Of a stretch of DNA of 64,000 nucleotides, positions 48,401-58,706 are shown in pieces; the first letter of the stretch is position 1, and each line of letters begins with the position of its first letter. The position numbers were made by a program, and so were the translations under genes. Source of the DNA: an uncultured Gemmatimonadaceae bacterium (GTDB lineage Bacteria > Gemmatimonadota > Gemmatimonadetes > Gemmatimonadales > Gemmatimonadaceae); assembly GCA_963822945.1 (NCBI GenBank), contig CAWGJO010000020.1, positions 224,001 through 288,000 of the forward strand, given 5' to 3'. Under the pieces are notes generated by a model. It was given only the letters and a program-made list of their open reading frames with translations. It searched no databases and was not told the DNA's origin.

Positions 48401-49768
48401 ATGCGCATGCGCCGCCCACTGTTGACGTTCGGGCTCGCCGTCCTGCTCGGCGGCTGCGCCACCGCGGGCACCCTCGGCCCCGACGCGGTCGCGCACCTGG
48501 AACAGACGCGTGCCCAGGATCCGCAGAGCGCGTCGGCCAACCGGGCGCTCGGGATCGCGTACTACAAGCTCGGCCGGTACGCCGAGGCCCGTCAGGCCCT
48601 GCAGCGCGCCGCCGCCCTCGACTCGACCGACGGCACCACGCAGCTGTTCCTCGGCATGACGGCCGAGGCGCAGAACGACCTGCCGGCGGCACGGAGGGCC
48701 TACGCGTCGTACGTGCAGCACGGCCACACGTCGCGCGTCCGCCACCTGCTCGAAGAGCGGCTGGCCGCGCTCAGCCGCCGGGAACTCGTACTCGCCGCCA
48801 AGCAGGAGGTGGCCGACGAGGCCGCGCTGTCGTCAACGCCCGGCACGCCGAACACCGTGGCCGTGCTGCCGCTGAGCTTCTCCGGCAGCGACACCACCCT
48901 CCGGCCACTGGGCCGCGGGCTCGCCGAGCTGCTCACCACCGACCTTGCCCAGTCGCCGGCGCTCACCGTGGTGGAGCGCGTGCGCGTGCAGGCGCTGCTC
49001 CGGGAGATCAGGCTGCAACAGTCGGGCGCCACCGATCAGACCACGGGAGTCCGCGCCGGAAGAATTCTCCAGGCCGGACGACTCGTGGCCGGCGGCATCA
49101 CGCAGAGCGGATCGGACATCCGCGTGGACGCTCCGATCGTGAACGTGAGCAACGATCGAGTCGTGGGCTCGCCGAGCGACACGCGGACGCTCGACCAGAT
49201 CTTCACGATCGAAAAGAACGTCGCGTTCGGCATCTTCAAGACGCTCGGCGTCACGTTGACCACCGCGCAGCGCGACGCCATCGAGCAGCGGCCGACGAAG
49301 TCGTTGGCGGCGTTCCTGGCCTACAGCCAGGGACTGACGTTCGAGGACGAGGGCCGGTTCGACGAGGCGGCGCGGGCGTTTCAGCGGGCGGTCCAAATCG
49401 ACCCCGCATTCAACGCGGCGAAGCAGCAGGAACGGCAGACGTCCTCCGCATCGGCGGGGGACAACGTGACGCCCGTGACCATGGAGACGGCACTCCGGGG
49501 CACCGCCGAAGGCCGCATCATGCAGGGCGCCACCCGCGGGGTGGCGGTGGCAGGCGTTTCCAGCCGCGGGCTCGGGAACACGGCCCTGCTGGTGGCCGGT
49601 GGGCTCAACCCGCCCGCGGCCGGCGTGGCCGCGCTCGGAGGGGGCGTCACGAACACCACCCGCACGTCCGACCCGCGCAACCCGGGCGCCGCCGTCTCCG
49701 GCGGCGACAACATCACGAGAAGCATGACCGCGCTGGTGACGATTCTCGTGCTGATTCCACGACTGTGA
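48401..49768 (+). CDS. TPR lipoprotein with a CsgG/FlgO/TolB-N-like domain
   Basis: Lipobox LGGC, TPR repeats, and VAVLPL...GLAELLTTDL...LTVVER. Confidence 0.75.
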   Translation: MRMRRPLLTFGLAVLLGGCATAGTLGPDAVAHLEQTRAQDPQSASANRALGIAYYKLGRYAEARQALQRAAALDSTDGTTQLFLGMTAEAQNDLPAARRAYASYVQHGHTSRVRHLLEERLAALSRRELVLAAKQEVADEAALSSTPGTPNTVAVLPLSFSGSDTTLRPLGRGLAELLTTDLAQSPALTVVERVRVQALLREIRLQQSGATDQTTGVRAGRILQAGRLVAGGITQSGSDIRVDAPIVNVSNDRVVGSPSDTRTLDQIFTIEKNVAFGIFKTLGVTLTTAQRDAIEQRPTKSLAAFLAYSQGLTFEDEGRFDEAARAFQRAVQIDPAFNAAKQQERQTSSASAGDNVTPVTMETALRGTAEGRIMQGATRGVAVAGVSSRGLGNTALLVAGGLNPPAAGVAALGGGVTNTTRTSDPRNPGAAVSGGDNITRSMTALVTILVLIPRL

Positions 49769-50871
49769 CGACGCCGCGCACGCACTTCCTGCTGCCGCTG
49801 CTCCTGCTCGGCGTCGCCGGACCGCTGGCCGCGCAGGGCGTGTGGGACACGAGCGCACGCCTGGGGCCCCAGATCGTGCAGTACGAACTCAAGGCGCCGA
49901 TCAACGAGAAGATCACGGAATTCGCGGTGCCGATCTACGTGCTGGTGCCGTTCACCGACGCGTTCAGTGTCGACGTCGGCACGGCCTGGACGAGCGCGCA
50001 GGTCACGGCCCGCGATGCCAACGGAACCTCCGTGAGCCGGCTTTCGGGACTCACGGATACGCAGATCCGCGCCAACTACGTGATCGGCACGGACTTCATC
50101 GTGCTCACGGCCGGCGTGAACCTCCCCACCGGGCAGACGAAGGTCACATCCGATCAACTGCCCGCCGCGACGCGCATCGCAAGCGATTTCCTGCTCTTTC
50201 CGATCAACGGATTCGGCGCCGGCGCCGGCGGTACGGGCGGGATTGCCGTGGCACGACCGCTCGGCGACTGGAACGTCGGGTTCGGCCTCGCCGTCCGGCA
50301 CTCGCTGGCCTACGACGCCTTCCAGGATCCCAACGGCAACCGGTTCCGCTTCGAGCCGGGCAACGAGTACCGCGGGCGCGTCGGGGTGGACCGGCCGTAC
50401 GGCACGGGGCGCATCTCGCTCGGCCTCACCTATTCGAAGTTCGGACGCGACCAGGCCGGCGGCTCGGTGTACAACACGGGCGACCGGCTGGTGACCCAGG
50501 CGTCGATCACGAACTCCGTGAACGGAGTGGACCTCACGGTGGCGGGGTGGGACCTGTTCCGCGCTTCGGGAATGCTGCTGGACTCGGCGGCCACCGGTCG
50601 CGAGAACATCACCGACCTCGGATTCGCGGCGGGCTTCCACACCGCGCCGCGCCTGGTGCTGGAGCCGAGCGTCGAGGGGCGCGTGTGGACGCAGGACGCG
50701 CAGCCGAGCAGCTACATGGCCACCGTCGGCCTCCGGCTGCGTGTCGATCTCGACGGCTACGCCGTCACGCCGTCCGCCGGGTACACGATGGGCCGGGTGG
50801 GCGGACCGGCGGGGACCGCCGGCCTCACCGGCTTTCACGCCGCGCTCGCCATCCGCGTCGGCGGCTACTAG
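49765..50871 (+). CDS. Exported probable outer-membrane beta-barrel protein
   Basis: Signal peptide, GLTDTQIRANY and GVNLPTG (MetA-pathway-like barrel pattern); GTGA overlap with the previous gene. Confidence 0.65.
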   Translation: MTTPRTHFLLPLLLLGVAGPLAAQGVWDTSARLGPQIVQYELKAPINEKITEFAVPIYVLVPFTDAFSVDVGTAWTSAQVTARDANGTSVSRLSGLTDTQIRANYVIGTDFIVLTAGVNLPTGQTKVTSDQLPAATRIASDFLLFPINGFGAGAGGTGGIAVARPLGDWNVGFGLAVRHSLAYDAFQDPNGNRFRFEPGNEYRGRVGVDRPYGTGRISLGLTYSKFGRDQAGGSVYNTGDRLVTQASITNSVNGVDLTVAGWDLFRASGMLLDSAATGRENITDLGFAAGFHTAPRLVLEPSVEGRVWTQDAQPSSYMATVGLRLRVDLDGYAVTPSAGYTMGRVGGPAGTAGLTGFHAALAIRVGGY

Positions 50872-51025
50872 CCGGCGGGCGGCGCAAACGGCGCTCGCCG
50901 GCGCCGTTGCGACTCACGCGCCGGCGCCCTCCGACTCGCCCGGTCGCCACGTTGGCCGCCTCCGCGGGCCGGGCTATATTGGCAGTCAGCGCCTCATCCC
51001 GTTCCATCCGATCCGCGAGTTGCCG

Positions 51026-51775
51026 ATGGCAGGCCACAGTAAATGGAAGCAGATCAAGCACTACAAGGCGGCCACCGACGCCAAGCGCGGCGCGCTGTTC
51101 ACCAAGCTCATCCGCGAGATCACCGTCGCCGCCAAGCAGGGAGGCGGTGACCCGGGGGGCAACGCCCGGCTGCGCACGGCCATCGAGACCGCGCGGCAGA
51201 ACTCCATGCCCAAGGAGAACATCGAACGCGCCGTCAAGAAGGGCACGGGCGAACTCGAAGGCGTGGACTATCAGGAGCTGATGTACGAGGGGTACGGCCC
51301 CGGGGGCGTGGCGATCATGATCTCGGCCCTCACCGACAATGCCACCCGCACCATCGCCGACATCCGGCACACCATGTCGCGCGGCGGCGGCAACATCGGC
51401 ACGCAGAACTCGGTGGCCTGGATGTTCGACAAGAAGGCGCAGTTGAGCATCGACGCCACGAAGTACGGCGAGGAGAAGGCGCTCGAGGCGGCGCTCGAGG
51501 CCGGCGCCGAGGACATGGTGCGCGACGGCGACGTGTTCGTGGTGACCATGGACCCCGCCTCGTTTCACGCCGTCAAGGAAGCGATCGAAGCCCGTGACAT
51601 CGAAGTGGCCGATGCGGAATCCCTCGTCATGATCCCGCAGAACACCGTGAAGGTCGAAGGGAAGCCGGCCGAGCAGTTGCTCAAGCTGCTCGAGGACCTG
51701 GAAGACATGGACGACGTGCAGAAGGTGTGGGCCAACTTCGACATCGACGTCGCCGACATGGCGAACTCCGGATAG
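51026..51775 (+). CDS. yebC: YebC/PmpR family protein
   Basis: MAGHSKW, YEGYGPGG and DDVQKVWAN motifs. Confidence 0.95.
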   Translation: MAGHSKWKQIKHYKAATDAKRGALFTKLIREITVAAKQGGGDPGGNARLRTAIETARQNSMPKENIERAVKKGTGELEGVDYQELMYEGYGPGGVAIMISALTDNATRTIADIRHTMSRGGGNIGTQNSVAWMFDKKAQLSIDATKYGEEKALEAALEAGAEDMVRDGDVFVVTMDPASFHAVKEAIEARDIEVADAESLVMIPQNTVKVEGKPAEQLLKLLEDLEDMDDVQKVWANFDIDVADMANSG

Positions 51776-52284
51776 TGCTCGTCCTCGGCGTCGACCCCGG
51801 CACGGCACAGACCGGCTACGGGGTCGTGCGCGGCGACGGCACCCGCCCCCCGACGCTCGTCGAGTGCGGGGTGATCCGCACCAGGGCCCGCGACCCGCTG
51901 CCGGTGCGCCTGCGCGACATCTACGACGGCATCGGTGAGCTGCTCGACCGCCACCGCCCCGACGCGATGGCCGTGGAAGACGTGTTCTACGCGCGGAACG
52001 TGCGCACCACGATCGTGCTGGGGCACGCGCGCGGCGTCGTGCTACTGGCCGGTGAGCAACGCGGGGTGACGATGCACGAGTACCCGCCGGCCGAGATCAA
52101 GAAGGCGATCGTGGGGCGCGGCGCCGCCACCAAGGAGCAGGTGCAGTTCATGGTCACCCGCCTGCTGCGGCTGAAGACGGCGCCCCAGCCCGCCGACGCC
52201 GCGGACGGCGTCGCGGCGGCCCTGTCGTGCATCATGGGCGCCCGCGTGCCCACCCTCCACGTGATACCCGGCGGGCCCGCATGA
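51775..52284 (+). CDS. ruvC: Holliday junction resolvase
   Basis: LGVDPG, HARG, GAATKEQV and DAADG motifs. Confidence 0.95.
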   Translation: MLVLGVDPGTAQTGYGVVRGDGTRPPTLVECGVIRTRARDPLPVRLRDIYDGIGELLDRHRPDAMAVEDVFYARNVRTTIVLGHARGVVLLAGEQRGVTMHEYPPAEIKKAIVGRGAATKEQVQFMVTRLLRLKTAPQPADAADGVAAALSCIMGARVPTLHVIPGGPA

Positions 52285-52877
52285 TCGCCGAGATCTCCGG
52301 CGCCCTGGCCGCCAAGGAACTCGAGCGCGTCACCGTGATGACGGCTGGGGGCGTGGGATACGAAGTGCTCATCCCGCTCAGCGTCTTCGAGGCGCTCCCC
52401 AAACTCGGCGAGTCGGTGCACCTGCACACGCAACTCGTCGTGCGCGACGACGGCTGGCTGCTGTTCGGCTTCGGCACTCCGTTCGAACGACAGGTGTTCC
52501 GGATCCTGCTCACCGCGAACGGTGTGGGGCCGGCGCTGGCGCTCGCCCTCGTGTCGCACCTCACCGCCGACCGGCTGGTTCGGGCCCTGCACGAGAAGGA
52601 CATCGCCACGCTGCAGGGCGTGCCCCGGGTGGGACGCAAGAAGGCTGAGCGCATCGTCCTCGACCTGACCGACAAGCTGGACGGACTCGAGGTGGACGGC
52701 ACGATGCCGCGTCCCGAGGGCGCCGGCGCCGAGGACGCCATTCGCGCGCTCGTGCAGTTGGGCTACTCGCCGAGTGACGCCGAGAAGGCGGTCCGGGCCG
52801 CGCTCGACGACGGCGGGCGCGGCATGCCCGCCCACGACCTGATCAGACGCGCGCTGGCCGCCTTGGCCAAGCGTTAG
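52281..52877 (+). CDS. ruvA: Holliday junction branch migration protein
   Basis: GGVGYEV, GVGPALAL, VGRKKAERI and ALVQLGY motifs. Confidence 0.95.
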   Translation: MIAEISGALAAKELERVTVMTAGGVGYEVLIPLSVFEALPKLGESVHLHTQLVVRDDGWLLFGFGTPFERQVFRILLTANGVGPALALALVSHLTADRLVRALHEKDIATLQGVPRVGRKKAERIVLDLTDKLDGLEVDGTMPRPEGAGAEDAIRALVQLGYSPSDAEKAVRAALDDGGRGMPAHDLIRRALAALAKR

Positions 52878-52910
52878 ACTCACCCCCACCCTTCGCCCCC
52901 GGAGCAACCG

Positions 52911-54064
52911 GTGCGAGCAGCCCAGCGCACGGCGACGTTCACCGAATCCGTGATCCGCGAGATGACCCGCGTCGCCAACAAGTACGACGCCGTAAACCTC
53001 GTCGCAGGGCTTCCCGGACTTTCCGATGCCGGCGCCCATGAAGGACGCCGCCTGCGCGGCCATCCACGGCGACGTGAACCAGTACGCCGTCACCTGGGGC
53101 GCCCGCCGCTGCGCCTGGCGATCGCCGAGAAGTACCGGCGCTGGTACGGCATGACGGTCGACACCGAGCGCGAGATCACCGTCACCTGCGGCGCCACGGA
53201 AGCGATGGCGAGCGTGTTCCTGGCGCTCGTCGATCCCGGCGACGAGGTGATCGTCTTCGAGCCGTTTTACGAGAACTACGGTCCCGACGCGATCCTCGCG
53301 CGGCGCGGAGCCGGTCTACGTACGCTCGAACGCCCCGGGCTGGACGCTCGATCCCGACGCGGTTGCGCGCCGCATTCAGCGACCGCACGAAGGCGATCAT
53401 CGTCAACACGCCGCACAACCCGACCGGTCAAGGTGTTCACCCGCGCCGAGATGGACCTGATTGCCGAACTCTGCATCAAGCACGACGCCTGGGCGATCAC
53501 CGACGAGATCTACGAGCACATCCGCTACGCCGGCGACCACCATGTGCTCGCCACCTGGCCCGGCATGCGGGAACGGACGATCACGATCTCCGGCCTCTCG
53601 AAGACGTATTGCCGTGCACGGGCTGGCGGTCGGGCTACGCCATCGCGCCCGCCGAGCAGACGGGCGCCATTCGCAAGGTGCACGATTTCCTGACCGTCGG
53701 CGCACCCGCGCCGCTGCAGGCGGCGGGCGCCGTGGGCATGCACTTCGACGCCGAGTACTACAATCACATGGCCGGGGAGTACCGCGCGCGGCGCGACCTG
53801 CTGCTGCCGGCGCTGCGCCAGGCCGGGTTCCGGTTCGCGGTGCCGGAAGGCGCCTACTACGTGCTCGCGGACTTCTCCGCCATCAGCCAGGACGACGACG
53901 TGACGTTCGCGCGGTGGTTGATCGAGGAGATCGGCGTGGCTACGGTGCCCGGGTCGAGCTTCTACCACGATCCGGCCCTGGGACGCACCCTCACGCGCTT
54001 CGCCTTCTGCAAGAAGCTGGAGACGCTCGAGCGGGCCGTGGAACGGCTCCGGGAACTGGGCTAG
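52911..54064 (+). pseudogene. Class I/II PLP aminotransferase broken by multiple indels (probably assembly errors)
   Basis: NL.QGFPDF, TCGATEA, NTPHNPTG, DEIYEH, SKT...TGWR and RFAFCK are spread across all three frames. Confidence 0.75.
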
Positions 54065-54096
54065 CCGCGCCGACGCGGAGCGATATACTGTTCGCC

Positions 54097-55119
54097 ATGT
54101 CTCGCGCCGAGATCACCACGCCTGACGCGCTGCCCGACGAGTCCGTCGTCGAGCTGTCGCTCCGCCCCCAGCGCCTGTCGGAGTTCATCGGCCAGACGAA
54201 GGTGAAGGAGAGCCTTCGCATCTGGATCGACGCCGCCCTCGCCCGGCGGGAACCGCTGGACCACGCCCTCTTCTTCGGCCCGCCGGGGCTCGGCAAGACG
54301 ACGCTCGCCGAGTTGATCGCGCGCGAACTCGGGGTCAACGTGCGGACGACGTCCGGGCCGGCGCTGGAGAAGCCGGGGGATCTGGTGGGCACGCTCACCA
54401 ACCTCCGGGCGGGCGACATCCTGTTCATCGACGAGATTCACCGCCTGCGGCCGATCATCGAGGAGTTCCTCTATCCGGCGATGGAGGACTTCAAGATCGA
54501 CATCCGGCTCTCCGAGGGCCCCAAGGCGCAGACGATCACGATGCCCATCGAGCGGTTCACGCTCATCGGCGCCACGACGCGCTTCGGCATGCTCACACCG
54601 CCGATGCGTGCGCGATTCGGCATCGTGGAGCGGCTCAACTTCTACCCCGCCGAGGATCTCGAGCAGATCGTCATCCGGTCGGCCGACGTGCTCCGCGTGT
54701 CGTGCGACGCCGAGGGCGCGCGCGAGATCGCGCGCCGCTCGCGCGGCACGCCGCGCGTGGCCAACCGGCTGCTGCGCCGCGTGCGCGACTTCGCCCAGGT
54801 GCGTGCCGACGGCGCGATCGACCGACACGTGGCCGCCGAACTGCTCCGCATGATCGACGTCGACGAATTCGGGCTCGACGACATGGATGCGCGCATCCTC
54901 AAGACGATCATCGAGAAGTTCGAGGGCGGCCCGGTGGGGCTGTCCAGCATCGGGACCGCCGTCGGCGAGGACGCCAACACCATCGAAGAGGTGTACGAGC
55001 CATTCCTGGTGCAGAACGGGTTTCTGCAGCGGACCACGCGGGGACGGATCGCGACGCCAAAAGCATACGAACATTTTGGATACGTGAGGCCGGCTGGGGT
55101 ACAGGCGGAACTGCTGTAA
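54097..55119 (+). CDS. ruvB: Holliday junction DNA helicase
   Basis: [25 protein letters not shown] and YEPFL motifs. Confidence 0.97.
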   Translation: MSRAEITTPDALPDESVVELSLRPQRLSEFIGQTKVKESLRIWIDAALARREPLDHALFFGPPGLGKTTLAELIARELGVNVRTTSGPALEKPGDLVGTLTNLRAGDILFIDEIHRLRPIIEEFLYPAMEDFKIDIRLSEGPKAQTITMPIERFTLIGATTRFGMLTPPMRARFGIVERLNFYPAEDLEQIVIRSADVLRVSCDAEGAREIARRSRGTPRVANRLLRRVRDFAQVRADGAIDRHVAAELLRMIDVDEFGLDDMDARILKTIIEKFEGGPVGLSSIGTAVGEDANTIEEVYEPFLVQNGFLQRTTRGRIATPKAYEHFGYVRPAGVQAELL

Positions 55120-55138
55120 CGACGGAACCGCGAAGCTG

Positions 55139-55250
55139 CGCAGGGCCGAAACGACGCAGGGCAGCAACCGCGCAGGGCCGAACCCACGCAGGGCCGAAAC
55201 CTCGCAGGGCCGAACCTACGCAGGACATTGACCGCGCAGGGCCGAAACAG
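55139..55250 (+). repeat. Tandem array, 7 x 16 bp, consensus CGCAGGGCCGAAMCNN
   Basis: Units start at 55139, 55155, 55171, 55187, 55203, 55219 and 55235. Confidence 0.92.
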
Positions 55251-55370
55251 CGGGGAATCGGTGGGGCCTGCGGCCCTGAAACAGCGAATGGTTGGAAACA
55301 GCGCGTGCGAGCCGAGGCTCCGCGCAGTATCGGCACCACCCAACCCGCTGGTTGCGTGCTTCCGATCCCC

Positions 55371-55578
55371 CGCCGTATCGGTCCTGCGCCGTATCGGTCC
55401 TGCGCCGTACCGGCCCTGCGTCGTACCGGCCCTGCGCCGTATCGGTCCTGCGCCGTATCGGCCCTGCGCCGTATCGGCCCTGCGCCGTTCGGCCCTGCGC
55501 CGTATCAGCCCTGCGTCGTATCGGCCCTGCGCCGTACCGGCCCTGCGTAGTATTGAGGTGCGCCGTTTCGGCCCTGCG
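55371..55578 (-). repeat. Tandem array, ~13 x 16 bp, plus-strand consensus CGCCGTATCGGCCCTG; inverted copy of the left array motif
   Basis: The reverse complement reads CGCAGGGCCGATACGG. Two units are 15 bp, and one of those is degenerate. Confidence 0.92.
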
Positions 55579-55601
55579 CTCCTTCTCTGTCCCGCTCCTT
55601 C

Positions 55602-56636
55602 ATGTCTGGCTCCCGTACCTCCGATTTCGATTTCCATCTCCCGCCGGAACTCATCGCCTCGCTCCCCGTCGAGCCGCGCGATGCCGCGCGGCTCATGGTC
55701 GTCGATCGCGCCTCGGGCGCCATCACGCATCGCCGGTTCTCCGACCTCGCCGCGCTCGTGCCGGCGGGAGACGTCATGGTGCTCAACCGATCGCGCGTCC
55801 TGCGCGCGCGGTTATTGGGTACTCGCGCGTCCGGCGCGCCGGCGGAGATCCTGTTGCTCAAACCGGTGGACGGCGACACGTGGGAAGCGATGGTGTCTCC
55901 GGGGGGGAAGCTCAAGCCGGGACGCGTGGTGCACGTCGCCCCCGGGTTCGACGTCGAGATCGTGTCGGTTACCGAGCGGCGCACGCGCGTCGTCCGCCTG
56001 ATCACCGACGGTCCCGTGGAAGAGGCCATCGAACGCGTGGGCCACATGCCACTGCCGCCCTACATCGAGCGCCCCGATGAGCCGGCCGACCGGGAGCGCT
56101 ACCAGACGGTGTACGCGCGCGAACTCGGATCGGTGGCGGCACCCACGGCGGGCCTGCACTTCACGCAGCGACTGCTCGACCAGCTCGCCGCCAACGGGGT
56201 GCACCGCGCCGAGGTGCTGCTGCATGTCGGCGCCGGCACGTTCAAGCCGGTCGAGGTGGAAGACCCGGCCGCGCACGTCATGCATGAGGAATGGTATTCC
56301 GTGAGCGACGAGGCGGCCCGCGCCGTCAACGCCGCCCACGCCTCGGGCGGCCGCGTCTGGGCCGTGGGGACGACGGCCGTGCGCACGCTGGAGAGCGCCG
56401 CCGGCGCGGACGGCACGCTGGCGGCGGGCCAGGGCGAGACGCGTATCTTCATCCGGCCACCCTACACCTTTCGCGCCGTCGACCACCTGATCACCAACTT
56501 CCACCTGCCCCGCTCGACGCTGATCATGCTGGTGGCGGCATTCGCGGGCTACGATCTGACCATGCGGGCCTACCGGGAAGCGATCGCCGAGCGATACCGG
56601 TTCTATTCCTACGGCGATGCGATGGTCATTCTCTGA
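55602..56636 (+). CDS. queA: SAM:tRNA ribosyltransferase-isomerase
   Basis: PLPPYI, YQTVYA, AAPTAGLHF, TNFHLP and FYSYGD motifs. Confidence 0.96.
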   Translation: MSGSRTSDFDFHLPPELIASLPVEPRDAARLMVVDRASGAITHRRFSDLAALVPAGDVMVLNRSRVLRARLLGTRASGAPAEILLLKPVDGDTWEAMVSPGGKLKPGRVVHVAPGFDVEIVSVTERRTRVVRLITDGPVEEAIERVGHMPLPPYIERPDEPADRERYQTVYARELGSVAAPTAGLHFTQRLLDQLAANGVHRAEVLLHVGAGTFKPVEVEDPAAHVMHEEWYSVSDEAARAVNAAHASGGRVWAVGTTAVRTLESAAGADGTLAAGQGETRIFIRPPYTFRAVDHLITNFHLPRSTLIMLVAAFAGYDLTMRAYREAIAERYRFYSYGDAMVIL

Positions 56637-56638
56637 GC

Positions 56639-57782
56639 ATGCACGAGTCGTTCTCCTTTGCCATCGACGCGACCGCCGGCGCGGCCCGATCGGCGGCGTT
56701 CGCCACGCCGCACGGCGTCGTGGAGACTCCGGCGTTCATGGCCGTGGGCACCCTGGCCACCGTCAAGGGACTCGATCCCGACGACCTGCGCGCGATGCAC
56801 GCCCAGATCGATCCTCGCCAACGCGTACCATCTGCATCTGCGCCCGGGAGACGACCTGATCCGCCTCCTGGGAGGCCTGCACCGCTTCATGGCCTGGGAT
56901 GGTCCGATTCTCACCGACTCGGGGGGATTCCAGGTGTTCTCCCTGGCGTCGCTGCGCACCGTGGACGAGGACGGGGTGGAATTCCAGAGCCACCTGGACG
57001 GCTCGCGCCGCCGGTTCACGCCGGAGTCGGTGATGGAGATCGAGCGCAACCTCGGCGCCGACGTGGTGATGCAGTTCGACCACGTGATTCCGGGGCAGAG
57101 CGACGCGGCGGCGGCGCGCGACGCCAGCGAACGGAGCGTGCGGTGGCTGGCCCGCTGCCGCTCGGCGTTCAACGCGTTGGAGCGCGAGCGGCCGCAGGCA
57201 CTGTTCCCGATCGTGCAGGGCGGCATCCACGCCGACCTGCGGCGCGAGGCTGCCCGCGCCATCCGCCAGATGGACGACTGGAAGGGATTCGGCATCGGCG
57301 GGCTGTCGGTGGGCGAGGCGAAACCCGACATGTACGCCATGCTCGAGACCGTGCACGAGGAACTGCCCGTCGACCGGCCGCGATATCTGATGGGCGTCGG
57401 GTTTCCCGAGGACCTGGTGGAGGGCGTACGGCGCGGGGTCGATCTCTTCGACTGCGTGGCCCCGACGCGCATGGGGCGCAACGGCGCCGTTTTCACCTGC
57501 GACGGACGGCTCAACATCAAGCGGGCCGAATTCCGCGCCGATCAACGGCCACTCGATGACGCATGCGAGTGCTCGGCCTGCCGCCGATTCACCCGGAGCT
57601 ACCTGCGGCATCTGTTCCTGGCCGACGAGATGCTCGGATTGCGCCTCCTGTCGCTGCATAATGTACATTTCCTCGTCACGCTGATGCGGGAGGCGCGCGC
57701 CGCCGTCCGCGACGGCACCTTCGACGGCTGGAGCCAGCGCTGGCTGGACCGCTACCACTCACGCACGAGCACTTCGGCATGA
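56639..57782 (+). CDS. tgt: tRNA-guanine transglycosylase; apparent frameshift near 56809
   Basis: TPAFMAVGT in the first frame; TDSGGFQVFSL, IVQGG, YLMGVG and CECSAC in the second. Confidence 0.92.
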
Positions 57783-58150
57783 CACTCCCCCTCCCGGTCT
57801 ATCCGGCCCTGATGACCCCCGCCCAGGGCGGCCAGAGTTCGCTGGCGCCGTTCCTGCTGCAACTGGGCCTCATCGTGGCCATCTTCTACTTTCTGCTCAT
57901 CCGGCCGCAGCAGAAGCAGCGGAAGCAGCATGAGCAGGCGCTCGCCAACCTCAAGAAGGGCGACGAGATCGTCACGGGCGGTGGCGTGGTGGGCGAGGTG
58001 GTGCACATCAAGGAGACCTTTCAGAGCGACGGGACCAGCAAGCCGATGATGGAGGATCGCGTGACCATCAAGTCGGGCGACACGCGGCTCATCGTGGAGC
58101 GCGGCCGCATCTCGAAGATCATCGCGAGCCAGGGCGGGACCCAGGGCTGA
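57779..58150 (+). CDS. yajC: Preprotein translocase subunit YajC
   Basis: FYFLLIRPQQK and LKKGDEIVTGGG motifs. Confidence 0.95.
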   Translation: MTLPLPVYPALMTPAQGGQSSLAPFLLQLGLIVAIFYFLLIRPQQKQRKQHEQALANLKKGDEIVTGGGVVGEVVHIKETFQSDGTSKPMMEDRVTIKSGDTRLIVERGRISKIIASQGGTQG

Positions 58151-58706
58151 TGCCGTTGCTCGAGATCCGCGTCCTCGGCGATCCGATCCTCCGCGAGGAG
58201 ACGATTCCCGTTTCCGAGTTTCCCGATGAGTTGCAGCGCCTGATCGACGACATGTTCGAGACCATGCGCGCCGCCAAGGGCATCGGCCTCGCGGCGCCCC
58301 AGGTGGGGCGCCGCGAGCGGCTGACCGTGGTCGACGTGGACGGCGACGAGTTCGTGCTCATCAATCCCGAAGTCGTCATGCGCGAAGGATCGGCCAAGGG
58401 AGAGGAAGGCTGCCTGTCGATCCCCGATGTGTACGCCGACGTGGAACGCGCCACGCGTGTAGTGGTGCGGGCGGTGGACCGGCACGGGAAGCCGTTCGAG
58501 GTGGAAGCCCGCGACCTGCTGGCGCGGTGCATGCAGCACGAGATCGACCATCTGTTCGGCACCCTCTTCATCGACCACCTGAGCGTGCTCAAGCGGCGCA
58601 GCGCCCTGTCCAAGTGGACGAAGGAGAAGGAGAAGTACCCGGGCTCGTCCGCCGGCTCGATCCGGCCGATATCGCTGCCCATCACCACCGCGACGAGGAA
58701 CTGTGA
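58150..58706 (+). CDS. def: Peptide deformylase; apparent 1-bp deletion near 58643 in the C-terminal tail
   Basis: GIGLAAPQ, EGCLS and QHEIDHL motifs. The repaired frame ends ...HHHRDEEL-stop immediately before fmt. Confidence 0.92.

Noticed and set aside
55139..55578. CRISPR array
   Set aside because: The units are contiguous 16-mers without unique spacers, the two arms are inverted, and there are no cas genes in the window.
54642..56080. Repeat-rich ORFs crossing the ruvB-queA gap (54642..55730 -, 55228..56001 +, 55292..56080 +)
   Set aside because: They are translations of a 16-bp DNA repeat, which is not a multiple of 3, and they overlap ruvB or queA. No RBS or protein-like composition.
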